Below are positions 41,466 to 50,325 of a stretch of 64,000 nucleotides of DNA, in pieces (position 1 is the stretch's first letter; each line of letters opens with the position of its first letter). This stretch comes from Trueperaceae bacterium. GTDB taxonomy: Bacteria; Deinococcota; Deinococci; Deinococcales; Trueperaceae. The position numbers and the translations under genes were made by a program. Location: positions 224,001 to 288,000 of the forward strand of contig JAXHNB010000002.1 in the NCBI GenBank assembly GCA_034520945.1, given 5' to 3'. The notes below the pieces were generated by a model. It saw nothing but the letters and a program-made list of their open reading frames with translations. It had not been told where the DNA came from and searched no databases.

Positions 41466-41840
41466 GTTCGGGGTGGACCCTCGGGCCACCCAGCTGACGC
41501 TCCCTTGCGAAGCACCAGCCTGACGCCATGCGTCAATTGCTCGGTGCGAATCCCCACGCCCCGCTCCTCGAGCTCTGGGGATAGGAACACCGGCGCGCGG
41601 TCGTTGTAGACCTCGAGCACCCGCATCATCGGCTCGGGCGGAGCGAGGCCGCGATCGTTCAGCGACCGCGAAGCGTCGGGCCAATCCTCGTCGTCACCCT
41701 GGACAGCGCCGCCCCCCTTGTGCCGTTGCTCGGGTGCCTCGCTGGGCTGCACGCCGGCGCGGGGACGGAACATCACCTGCCAGTCCCCCTTGCAGGTCGT
41801 CACGGACGTCGAGATGAACGACGTCTTCGCTTCCCTCCAT
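41462..41840 (-). pseudogene. Tandem DUF2249/TusA-like gene, deleted and frameshifted
   Basis: MEGSEDVVHLDVRDDL, frame break to GDWQVMF, then RGLAPPEPMMRVLE joined directly to VYNDRAPVFLSPELEERG. Confidence 0.6.
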
Positions 41841-41920
41841 CGAGTTCGCCTCCATTCCTCATGCGCGAGCGGAGTGCGTTGGGTCGGCCGGGCCGTCCCA
41901 CCTTGGCTCCCCCGGCGACA

Positions 41921-42814
41921 TCAGCCCCGGTCCGTACGCCGCTGCAACAGGAGCGACATGCTCACCAGCACGATCGACGCCAGGATCATCAGCGCGCTGA
42001 CGGCGTTGATCTCCGGCGGGACGCGCTGCTTCAGCAGGCCGTACACGAACAGCGGCAACGTCGTGGTGCCCACGCCGGCGGTGAAGAAGGTGATCACGAA
42101 GTCGTCGAGGCTCAACGTGAACGCCAACAGCGCGCCCGCCAGGATGCCGGGCGCGACGCCGGGAAGCGTCACGCGCCAGAAGGTCTGCAAACGGTTGGCG
42201 CCCAGGTCCTGCGCTGCCTCCTCCAGACTGGGGTTCATGCCTTGCAGGCGGGCCCGCACCGTGATCAGCACGAAGGCGATGTTGAACGACACGTGTCCGA
42301 TGATGATGGTGGCGAAGCCGGTCACGAAGCGGTGGCCGCTCACCAGTTCGATCGCTTCGAACGCGATGCGGAAGAACACCGCCAGCGACACGCCCTGCGT
42401 GATGTCGGGGATCACGACCGGCAGGTAGTACAGCGCGTCGAAGGTGCGCCGGCCGCGAAAACGCCCGCGGGTGACCGCCAGCGCGAACGCCGTGCCGATG
42501 GCGGTCGCCAGCACGGTGGAGACCGTCGCCACGAACAGCGAGTTCCGCACGGCGGAGAGGAGAAGCTCGGTGCGGAACGACCCGGGACCCGCGCCGTTCA
42601 GCGAGCCTTCGAACAACCCGCGGTACCACCGCAACGAGAAGCCGCGCCAGACCGAGACGCTGTCGGCGTCGTTGAACGAGAACACGATCAGTACCACGAT
42701 GGGGAGCCACAAGAACGCGTACACGACCCATGGGACGAGGTTCAGCAGGGCGCGGCCGACGCGGCGGCCGGCCAGGTCGCGCGCCAGGGCGCCCGGGCGT
42801 TCAGCGGGTGTCAC
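41921..42814 (-). CDS. potC: Polyamine ABC permease
   Basis: FSFND..W.GFSLRWY, LEEAAQDLGA, LAFTLSLDDFVIT, PEINA. Confidence 0.9.
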   Translation of the reverse strand: MTPAERPGALARDLAGRRVGRALLNLVPWVVYAFLWLPIVVLIVFSFNDADSVSVWRGFSLRWYRGLFEGSLNGAGPGSFRTELLLSAVRNSLFVATVSTVLATAIGTAFALAVTRGRFRGRRTFDALYYLPVVIPDITQGVSLAVFFRIAFEAIELVSGHRFVTGFATIIIGHVSFNIAFVLITVRARLQGMNPSLEEAAQDLGANRLQTFWRVTLPGVAPGILAGALLAFTLSLDDFVITFFTAGVGTTTLPLFVYGLLKQRVPPEINAVSALMILASIVLVSMSLLLQRRTDRG

Positions 42815-43655
42815 GCGTCCCCCATCGCGCGTAGATCAGGACGCTGACGAACACCAGGACCAACAACACCATCGACACGGCCGAGCCGAGGGGGATGTTG
42901 CCGCGGCCGCCGTACTGGGTCTGGATCAGGTTGCCGATCATCAGGCCCTGCGTGCCGCCCATCAGGTCGGGCGTGAGGAACGCCCCGACGCTGGGGATGA
43001 ACACCAGGATCGAGCCGGCCACGATGCCGGGCATGGTGAGGGGCAGCACCACGCGGCGGAAGGCGCGCCAGTCGTTGGCGCCCAGGTCGTACGCGGCCTC
43101 GACGAACCGGAGGTCCAGGCGGCCCACCGACGCGTAGATCGGCAGCACCATGAACGGCAGGTAGCCGTAGACGAGCCCCAGAACCACCGCCCCTTCGGTG
43201 AAGAGGAACCGGATGGGCTCGTCGATGAGCCCGGCCCGCTGCAGCAGGCCGTTCAGAAGGCCGTCTCGCTCCAGCAGGGTGATCAGCGCGTAGGTGCGGA
43301 CCAGGAAGTTGGTCCAGAACGGCAGCAGCACCAGGAACAGAAGCACCATCCGCACCCGTGGGTCACGGCGCCTGGCGATGAAGTACGCCAGCGGGTAGCC
43401 CAACGATAGGCACAGGACCGTGCTGAGCAGCGCGAACCACAGGGTCCGCCACAAAACGGTATCGAACACGGTCAGCGTGCGGACGTAGTGCTCCAGGGTG
43501 GCGGGCGGTACGGGGACGCCGCCTGTACCGCGCGACAGGAAACTGGACACGGCGACGAAGGCGAGCGGCAGCAGGAAGAACACGATCAGCCAGGCGACGG
43601 CGGGCGACGCCAACCAGGCGGCCCGGCGTCGATCGCGTCGGGAAGGGTCGTTCAC
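42801..43655 (-). CDS. potB: Polyamine ABC permease
   Basis: LPFWTNFLVRTYA, YLPFMVLPIY, EAAYDLGA, P.LMGG..MIGNLI; GTG 43655 is the inferred start. Confidence 0.9.
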   Translation of the reverse strand: MNDPSRRDRRRAAWLASPAVAWLIVFFLLPLAFVAVSSFLSRGTGGVPVPPATLEHYVRTLTVFDTVLWRTLWFALLSTVLCLSLGYPLAYFIARRRDPRVRMVLLFLVLLPFWTNFLVRTYALITLLERDGLLNGLLQRAGLIDEPIRFLFTEGAVVLGLVYGYLPFMVLPIYASVGRLDLRFVEAAYDLGANDWRAFRRVVLPLTMPGIVAGSILVFIPSVGAFLTPDLMGGTQGLMIGNLIQTQYGGRGNIPLGSAVSMVLLVLVFVSVLIYARWGTRDTR

Positions 43656-43935
43656 CGGGCCAGCTTCCCCGTGAGGCGCATGGGGTCCGAGAATACCCCA
43701 CGCCTCGCGGCGCGGCGACGCGCCGACGGTGCCCCGTAAGGTCCGGAGCCCCACCGAGGCCGGGCGTGTGCTAACATACGTCCCACACGGCTACGAAGGA
43801 GCGTGAAAGCTTTCGAGCGACCCTACGGCGCGCGGTTCGACCGGAACGGATTCGTTCCTCGGCCGCGGTCATCCCGGCCCTCGTTCCCCGGTGGGGCACG
43901 CGCGGGCCGCGCGCGGGGCGCCCGTGGCGACATCC

Positions 43936-44664
43936 ATGCCGACCTCCGACGAATCTTCGCGAGCGACGAACGACCCGCCGCTGCCGTTCCACGTCGTGCG
44001 GACGGAACCGCGCCACGCGGAGGCGGTTGCTCGCCTGATGCGGCGTGCGCACGGCATCGGCGATGATGAGCCCTGCCCCAGTTGCCCCACGCCGGCGATG
44101 GTGCTGAGGCAGGTTCAGCGCTTTCCCGACGGGCAGTTCGTGGCGGTCAGCGAAGGCGATGACGACGAGGTGATCGGCGCGGGTACGTTGATGCGCACCG
44201 ACTACCCACCGACGGCACGTCCGTTGCCCTGGCTCCGCATGGTGGGGGGTCTGAGCCTCCGGAACCACGACCCGAACGGGCGGTGGTTGTACGGCGTCGA
44301 GCTGGTGGTGGACCCCTCCGCCCAGGGCCGCGGGGTGGGCAGCGCCCTGTACGAGCGACGACTCGCGCTGGTGCGCGAACTGGGGCTTGCGGGCATGTAC
44401 GCGGGCGGCATGCTGAAGGGGTATGCCCGCTATCGCGACCGGATGTCCCCGCGCGCCTACGCCGAGCGGGTGCGACGGGGTCAAATCGACGATCCCACCG
44501 TCAGCATGCAACTCAGGCGCGGCTTCGAGGCGGCCGGCGTGATCGAGAATTACGAGGACGACGACGAATCGGGCCACTGCGCCATGTTGATCGTGTGGCG
44601 GCCCGAAACGGCCGAGACCGAGAAGCATACGCGCCGCGGGGCGCGACCCAAGCCGACGGCCTGA
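43936..44664 (+). CDS. GNAT N-acetyltransferase (YkwB-like)
   Basis: FPDGQFVA, NHDPNGRWLYG, V.P..QGRGVG..LY, DPTVSMQ..GF. Confidence 0.85.
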   Translation: MPTSDESSRATNDPPLPFHVVRTEPRHAEAVARLMRRAHGIGDDEPCPSCPTPAMVLRQVQRFPDGQFVAVSEGDDDEVIGAGTLMRTDYPPTARPLPWLRMVGGLSLRNHDPNGRWLYGVELVVDPSAQGRGVGSALYERRLALVRELGLAGMYAGGMLKGYARYRDRMSPRAYAERVRRGQIDDPTVSMQLRRGFEAAGVIENYEDDDESGHCAMLIVWRPETAETEKHTRRGARPKPTA

Positions 44665-44676
44665 GGGGATGCGCGA

Positions 44677-45444
44677 TCACACGCCGGCGTCACGCGACCG
44701 GCGCGCCTCGTCCCGTGCGAGCGCGTGCGGCGCCAGGGCCGCGTCCAGGTCGCGTTGCGGTCGGCATAGGCCGAAGCCCTGCCCTAGGGCGATGCCGAGG
44801 GCACGAAGGTTGGGCACCACGGCCGGGTCCTCGATCCCTTCCGCCGTGAGGCGCATCCCCGCCTCGGCCAGGCGCCGCACCGCACGTCCCGACGCGCCCC
44901 ATGGCGCCAGCAGCACGTCCTCCACCACGCTTCGGTCCAGCTTGATGCCGGCGACGCGAAGGTTCCGGGGGAAGCGCACGGGCAGGTCGGCGGGCCGGAC
45001 GTCGTCCAGGAGCACCTCGATGCCGAGCTGGGCCAGGTACGTCACCGAGGCGGCATACGAAGACAGGTCGGGGATCCGTTGCTCGGTCAGCTCGACGCGC
45101 AGGCGGCGCCGGATTTCGGGCCGGAGCGCGCGGAGGCGGCGACTGGTGGAGGGGAGGGCCAGTTGGACGGGCGACAGATTCAAGTGCAGCGGTGGGGCCG
45201 TCGGGTGCGACGCCAACAGGTCCCCCAGGGCGGCGACGCCGTAGCGGGTGAACGCGTCGAGGCCGTCGCCGTGCAGGATCGGGTCGAGGAAGTCGGCGGG
45301 GCCGCGGACGGTTCCGTCCGGTTTGGGCCAACGTACGAGCGCTTCGAGCCCGTCGATGTGGCCGGTCGCGAGGTCCACCACGGGTTGAAGATGAAACGTC
45401 AGCTCGTGAAGGTGGGGGCGTTCCCGGGGATCGGGAGGGAGCAT
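44677..45444 (-). CDS. Stand-alone EAL domain protein (c-di-GMP phosphodiesterase-like)
   Basis: LQPVVDL..EALVRW, NLS, ELTE, LDD, IKLDRS, AEGIE, QGF. Confidence 0.85.
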   Translation of the reverse strand: MLPPDPRERPHLHELTFHLQPVVDLATGHIDGLEALVRWPKPDGTVRGPADFLDPILHGDGLDAFTRYGVAALGDLLASHPTAPPLHLNLSPVQLALPSTSRRLRALRPEIRRRLRVELTEQRIPDLSSYAASVTYLAQLGIEVLLDDVRPADLPVRFPRNLRVAGIKLDRSVVEDVLLAPWGASGRAVRRLAEAGMRLTAEGIEDPAVVPNLRALGIALGQGFGLCRPQRDLDAALAPHALARDEARRSRDAGV

Positions 45445-45553
45445 GTCTTCGCCCTTTCCGGGGCGTGATCGGCGCGTGCGTTCATGGCCGTGAGGGCATG
45501 GCCACGGCCGCTGGTCGGACCAGCGGCCGTGTTCCGGAGGTGTACGGTCGGGA

Positions 45554-45907
45554 TCAACCCACGTCGGGGATCACGACCGAGCCGCTGCCTGCCAGGAGCT
45601 CGTCGAGGTCGAGGCTCCCCACGTCCGGAATCACCACGGACCCGCTCCCCGCGAGCGAAGGCGCCTCGAGGGGCGCGGCCCCCACGTCCGGGATGACGAC
45701 GCTGCCGCTGCCGGCGTGCAGGTCCGTGTCGTCGCTCGAGGTCGTCCCTACGTCGGGGATCACGACCGAGCCGCTGCCCGCCGTGCTCGGCGCGGTGGCG
45801 TGATCCGCACCCGTGCCCAGGGCCAACGCGAGGCCGATCACGAGTACCGACACCAGGACGAACAACGGGGCGACGAACTTCGGAAGCTGCAGCGTACGGG
45901 TCATCAC
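45554..45907 (-). CDS. Secreted multi-core peptide precursor (4 x AGSGSVVIPDVG)
   Basis: SD GAGGAGG; signal peptide; four identical 12-aa cores encoded with synonymous-only differences. Confidence 0.9.
   Translation of the reverse strand: MMTRTLQLPKFVAPLFVLVSVLVIGLALALGTGADHATAPSTAGSGSVVIPDVGTTSSDDTDLHAGSGSVVIPDVGAAPLEAPSLAGSGSVVIPDVGSLDLDELLAGSGSVVIPDVG
45557..45781 (-). repeat. Four 36-nt coding repeats with 24, 27 and 30-nt variable linkers
   Basis: Repeats at 45746-45781, 45680-45715, 45617-45652 and 45557-45592. Confidence 0.9.
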
Positions 45908-46158
45908 AAGGTCCTCCTCGGGAAACGCGGACGTGTGGGCCGGGACGGGTATGCCCCGTGACCTTCACTCGTCCGCAGCCTAGTGCGACCCGATTTAATC
46001 TCCGCCTAAGCCCGAGGCCCCGAGGCCTTGGACGCCGGTTGGCCGCGCGGCGCCTATCGTCTGGAGAAGCAGCGCGGGTCGCCTGCCACACCTCTTGAAC
46101 CGTCCGCCCGCATGCGCCGTGCCCGATCTCGTCCTCGACGTCTCGAAAGGACCTCTCC

Positions 46159-46338
46159 ATGACCCGAACCGAAGCGCTTCACCGCCTCCGAGGCACCTGG
46201 CGATTCGAACTGCGCGCCGGACGCGTGCGCGTCGCCGACCTGTCCCTGCTCCGCGCCCTGGACGCCGATCTCGGCGAGGCGCACGGCGAGGCCGCCACCG
46301 GGGACGGACGCGCCGCCACGACCTCGTTGGCTGGCTGA
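46159..46338 (+). CDS. Small hypothetical protein (59 aa), not in the ORF track
   Basis: AAAGGA SD then ATG; MTRTEALHRLRGTWRFELRAGRVRVADLSLLRALDADL...; GC3-rich codons. Confidence 0.5.
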   Translation: MTRTEALHRLRGTWRFELRAGRVRVADLSLLRALDADLGEAHGEAATGDGRAATTSLAG

Positions 46339-46399
46339 CCCCCCCGCAGCGCCACCGCGGCGCTCACCCCCGGCGGCTTCGCTCCCGTATGCTCGGGGT

Positions 46400-48865
46400 G
46401 TGTGGACGACGCGCATTCATGAGGCGCTGGCCTGCGACGCCGGCCCCCACCTGCTGTTGGGGGGCGAAGCGTACGGTGTCCCCTACCTGATCGAGGATCT
46501 CGGCCGCGACGCGAAGCTCGCCTGGATGCGGGCCACGCCGGCCGATCGGGACGATGCCGTCGCGCAAGGCAACCTGCTGGCGGAAGCGGTCAACCGCGCC
46601 GTCGGGGGGCAACTGCTCGCGGGCGCGTTGCCGTTCGCGTATCAACTCCGGGTGCTCCGTCACCACCTGGTCGACCTGGCGCCGCTCACGCTGGCCCTGT
46701 CCGAAGCGCAGCACGCGGCCGCGTTGGCCCGCGCGCTGGCCGAGGCCCACCGGCCCGGCCTGTGCGTCCTCCTGGATGCGTCCGAGCGGATCCCCGACCT
46801 GCACGTCCACGAGATCCCGCCCGAGGTGCTGGCGTTGCGCCGCGACGAGGCGCGCGCCTTGGCGCCGCACGGCCTCAGTGATGCCACGGTCGAGCAGTCG
46901 TGGCGCACCAGCGGGGGGCGGATGGCGGACTTCCTGGTGCGCGTGCTGCGCGCCGCCCGGATGCCCGTCCCGACCCTTCCCACCCCAGACGCGCGCGTCC
47001 TGCCGCCCCAGGAGGCGCGGAGCGAGGATCCCGGGCGCGTCGTGCGGGCGCTGGTCCGCGAGCGCCGCTTCGTCGAAGCACTCGAACTGGCCGTCATGGC
47101 CCAGCCCGACGCGGTCGAAGGGCTGTTGCGGGAGGCCGGCCCGGCCTATCAGGAGCGGGGCCTCCTCGGGCGGCTGCACCTCCTGCTCTCGAGCCTGGAC
47201 GCGCCGCACCGCACCGAGGAACGCGTCCTCGAATGGCGGCTGGTCGCGGGGTTCGCCGCCCATGATCTCGACGTGGTCCCGGAGGTCGACCGCCACCTGG
47301 CGGCCTTCGACGCGCCACGCCTGCGCGCACGCCGCGCCGGCCTTCTGCCGCCCGAAGAGGCGCGGAAGATGGCGCGGGAGGCGCTGCACGGCCTGCGGGA
47401 CCCCTTGACGCTGTTCCAGGCGGGCCGCTTCGCCGAGGACGAGGCCGAGGCCGCCGACCTGCTGCTGGCGTCGGTTCGCGTGGCGGAGGATGAGGGCACC
47501 GCCTACGACGTCGTCCGCAATGCCGGCATGCTCGGTGAGCGCTACCTGCACGACGGCCGCCTGGACGAGGCGGCCACCTGGTTGGAATGGGCGTTGGACA
47601 CCTACGCCCGCAAAGGGATCCAGGACGGCAGCCGCCGCTTGCGCATCTTGAACGACCTGGCGGTGGCGCGGCTCCTCCTCGGGGCGTCGGCCGGCCTTCG
47701 CATGCAGCTCGAGGAGGCCCAACGTTCGCTGGAGGGCATCCTGCCCAGCTTGGCGCTGCTGTTCCGAACCACCCTGGCCGACATGGCCCGTGCCGCCGGC
47801 CGCGAGGACGAGGCGCACGAACTACTTGTGAGCGTGCAGGAGGGGGCCCCACGCAGGCTTCGGGCCCACTTCGCGCTGCCGTGGGTGCTGCACTGCCTGC
47901 GCCGGGGCGAGATCTCCGCCGCGCAGCAGGCGGCCCGAGAGGTGGAAGCCCTCTCCCGCGTGGACGGCGGCACCGTGCGTGCGCCGGCCCGGATCGCGAT
48001 GGCGGTGATCGCCTCCGTGACCGCACCGGACGACCCCGACACGCGGAGTGAGCTCCTGGCCGCCATCGATGCGCCGCACCTGCAGCTCGAGCAGGCCGTC
48101 ATCGGGGGCTGCGCCGCCCTGGCGGCCGGTGCGGCGCTGGACGACGTGCCGGTCCGGGTCGGGCGGGTGCTGCGCCGTGTGCCGGACGCCATGCTGGAGG
48201 CGTTCTGCACCGGGCCGCGCACGGCCCGCGTGGTCCGCTCCGCCGTGCGCGGCGACCGCGCGCCCCTGGTCCTCGCCTTCGCCGCCGACGGGCCGCCCCG
48301 GGCCCGACTGGACGGCGAGCCGCTCGAGCTGAGCGGGCGCCTGTTCGAGGTGGCCCTGATGCTGACCCTTCACCCCGACGGGCTCGGGGACGAACGGTTG
48401 CACGACCTGCTGGTGGGGGACGGCGGGGCGTTCGGGCTGAGCGCGTTGCGGACCCACGTGAGCCGCCTGAGGGCCCGGGTGCCTATCAGCCGCGCGCCGT
48501 ACCGCTTCGAGGTTCCGGTCGAGACCGACGTAGGCGAAGCGCGGGCCCTGCTGGCCCGCCGCCGCGTCCGCGAAGCCATGGCGTGCGCCCCGGGGCCGAT
48601 GCTTCCAGGTAGCGACGCGCCGGGCGTGGAGGCCGTGCGCGAGGAGTTCGCGGAGGAACTCCGCCAAGCGGCCCTGGCCAGCGGCGACGGCGAGGTGCTG
48701 GTCGAACTGGGCGACCGCATGCCGCACGACCTGGAGATCTGGGAGGCGGCGTTGGGCGCCCTGACCGACGGCGACGCCCGCGTGCCGTTGATCAAGGCGC
48801 GGATCGCGCGGCTGCAGCGCGCCTACGACCTGCCCGGCGCGCCGTGGGCCGATGCCCATGCCTGA
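46400..48865 (+). CDS. Large helical-repeat (TPR-like) transcriptional regulator with C-terminal wHTH/BTAD-like region
   Basis: Ala/Leu-rich helical repeats; LHPDGL..LH..L..SALRTHVSRLR..PYRF..TD..GPMLPGSDAPGV; TATGCT-N6-GTG. Confidence 0.7.
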   Translation: MWTTRIHEALACDAGPHLLLGGEAYGVPYLIEDLGRDAKLAWMRATPADRDDAVAQGNLLAEAVNRAVGGQLLAGALPFAYQLRVLRHHLVDLAPLTLALSEAQHAAALARALAEAHRPGLCVLLDASERIPDLHVHEIPPEVLALRRDEARALAPHGLSDATVEQSWRTSGGRMADFLVRVLRAARMPVPTLPTPDARVLPPQEARSEDPGRVVRALVRERRFVEALELAVMAQPDAVEGLLREAGPAYQERGLLGRLHLLLSSLDAPHRTEERVLEWRLVAGFAAHDLDVVPEVDRHLAAFDAPRLRARRAGLLPPEEARKMAREALHGLRDPLTLFQAGRFAEDEAEAADLLLASVRVAEDEGTAYDVVRNAGMLGERYLHDGRLDEAATWLEWALDTYARKGIQDGSRRLRILNDLAVARLLLGASAGLRMQLEEAQRSLEGILPSLALLFRTTLADMARAAGREDEAHELLVSVQEGAPRRLRAHFALPWVLHCLRRGEISAAQQAAREVEALSRVDGGTVRAPARIAMAVIASVTAPDDPDTRSELLAAIDAPHLQLEQAVIGGCAALAAGAALDDVPVRVGRVLRRVPDAMLEAFCTGPRTARVVRSAVRGDRAPLVLAFAADGPPRARLDGEPLELSGRLFEVALMLTLHPDGLGDERLHDLLVGDGGAFGLSALRTHVSRLRARVPISRAPYRFEVPVETDVGEARALLARRRVREAMACAPGPMLPGSDAPGVEAVREEFAEELRQAALASGDGEVLVELGDRMPHDLEIWEAALGALTDGDARVPLIKARIARLQRAYDLPGAPWADAHA

Positions 48866-48877
48866 GCAGGGGCGGCC

Positions 48878-50317
48878 ATGAGCTGGCACGAGAGTTACGT
48901 CGGTCGCGTGCTCGAACCCGACTACCGGTTCGCGGCGCGGCACCTGGCGCCCCACCTGTTGGATGCGCTGGCGGCGCATCTGCGGACGGTGGCCGACCTT
49001 CCCATCGCCCAGGCGCCCGCGGCGCGCGCGCAGATCCGTGCTGCGCACCAGGCGCTCCTGCGTTGGCACGACCGGCCGCTGCCGGACTTTTCACCGGAGG
49101 TGCCCGACGCCTTCTTCGCCGTCTACCGGGCCCTCGAGGAGGAGCTGGGCGCGGCCAGCGCCGGTTGGTTGCGGGTGGGTCTCTCCCGAAACGACCTCGA
49201 CATGACGGTGTACAAGTTGCGGGCGCGGGCGCAGGCGTTGCAGTTGGGGGGCCGGCTGCTGACGCTGCGCGCCGCCGTGCTGGAGCAGGCGGAACGTGGG
49301 ATCGACACGGTGCTGATCGCCCAGACGCACCACCAACCGGGCCAGCCCACCACGGTGGCGCACTATCACCTGGCGATCGCCGCGTTGGCGGCGCGCGACA
49401 CGGCGCGATTGCTGGACGCCTGGGTGCGCCTGGATACCTGCCCGATGGGGGCGGCCGCGCTGGCGGGCAGCAGCCACCCGCTCGACCGCGCCGCCACCGC
49501 GCGGCGTCTGGGGTTCGCCGCCCCGGTCGAGAACACCTACGACGCGGTCGCCGCCAGCGATTGGGGCGTCGAGCTGGTCGGCGTGGCCCAAAGCGTGGCC
49601 TTGAACGCGTCGAGGTTGGTGTGCGACCTGTTGGCCTGGACCGCGGCGGGCTGGTACCGGCTGCCGGACGCGCTGGTGCAGGGCTCGTCCATCATGCCGC
49701 AGAAGCGGAATCCCGTTCCGCTGGAGCACGCACGGGCGCGCTTCTCGCGCGCGGCCGGCGCGGCGCAGATGGTGGCGTTCAGCAGCCACAACATCCCCTT
49801 CGCCGACCTGAACGATTTCGGTCCGGACCTGCAGGGCACGTTGCAGACGCAGCACACGCAACTGCTCGGTGGCCTGGACCTGCTTCACGCCTGCGTCCGC
49901 GAGGGGCGGTTCGACACCGAGGCGCTGGCCGAGGTGGCGGCCGCCACCGACACCAGCGCCACCGAACTGGCGGACGAACTGGTACGGCGCGCCGGCATGG
50001 ACCCTGCGGCCGCCCAGGGCGTGGTCGGCCGGATGGTGAGGCGAGCCGGGGCGGAGGGGCGTTCCGCGGCGTCGCTGGGGCCCGACGACCTCGAGGCGGC
50101 CGGAGGTCCGCGGGTGGAGGCCGAGATCGTCCGCGACGCGCTCGACCCCGCCCGTTTCGTGGCGCGCCGCGACGGCCTGGGTGGGCCCGCGCCGACGTCG
50201 GTGCGGGCCCAGCTGACGCGGGCGCGCGAGGCGCTGGATCGCGATCGCGCGCGCTTGGCGGGTCACGAGGAGCAGGCGGAGGCGGCACGACGCGAACTGC
50301 GTACGCCCTGGTCGTGA
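48878..50317 (+). CDS. argH: Argininosuccinate lyase-like protein (fumarase/ASL superfamily)
   Basis: SRND, THHQPGQP, CPMGAAALAG, GSSIMPQKRNP. Confidence 0.75.
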   Translation: MSWHESYVGRVLEPDYRFAARHLAPHLLDALAAHLRTVADLPIAQAPAARAQIRAAHQALLRWHDRPLPDFSPEVPDAFFAVYRALEEELGAASAGWLRVGLSRNDLDMTVYKLRARAQALQLGGRLLTLRAAVLEQAERGIDTVLIAQTHHQPGQPTTVAHYHLAIAALAARDTARLLDAWVRLDTCPMGAAALAGSSHPLDRAATARRLGFAAPVENTYDAVAASDWGVELVGVAQSVALNASRLVCDLLAWTAAGWYRLPDALVQGSSIMPQKRNPVPLEHARARFSRAAGAAQMVAFSSHNIPFADLNDFGPDLQGTLQTQHTQLLGGLDLLHACVREGRFDTEALAEVAAATDTSATELADELVRRAGMDPAAAQGVVGRMVRRAGAEGRSAASLGPDDLEAAGGPRVEAEIVRDALDPARFVARRDGLGGPAPTSVRAQLTRAREALDRDRARLAGHEEQAEAARRELRTPWS

Positions 50318-50325
50318 CCCCGGCG

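Noticed and set aside
45557..45781. CRISPR array (36-nt repeats with unique spacers)
   Set aside because: The repeats vary only synonymously, all spacers are multiples of 3, the array sits in an ORF with SD and signal peptide, and no cas genes are present
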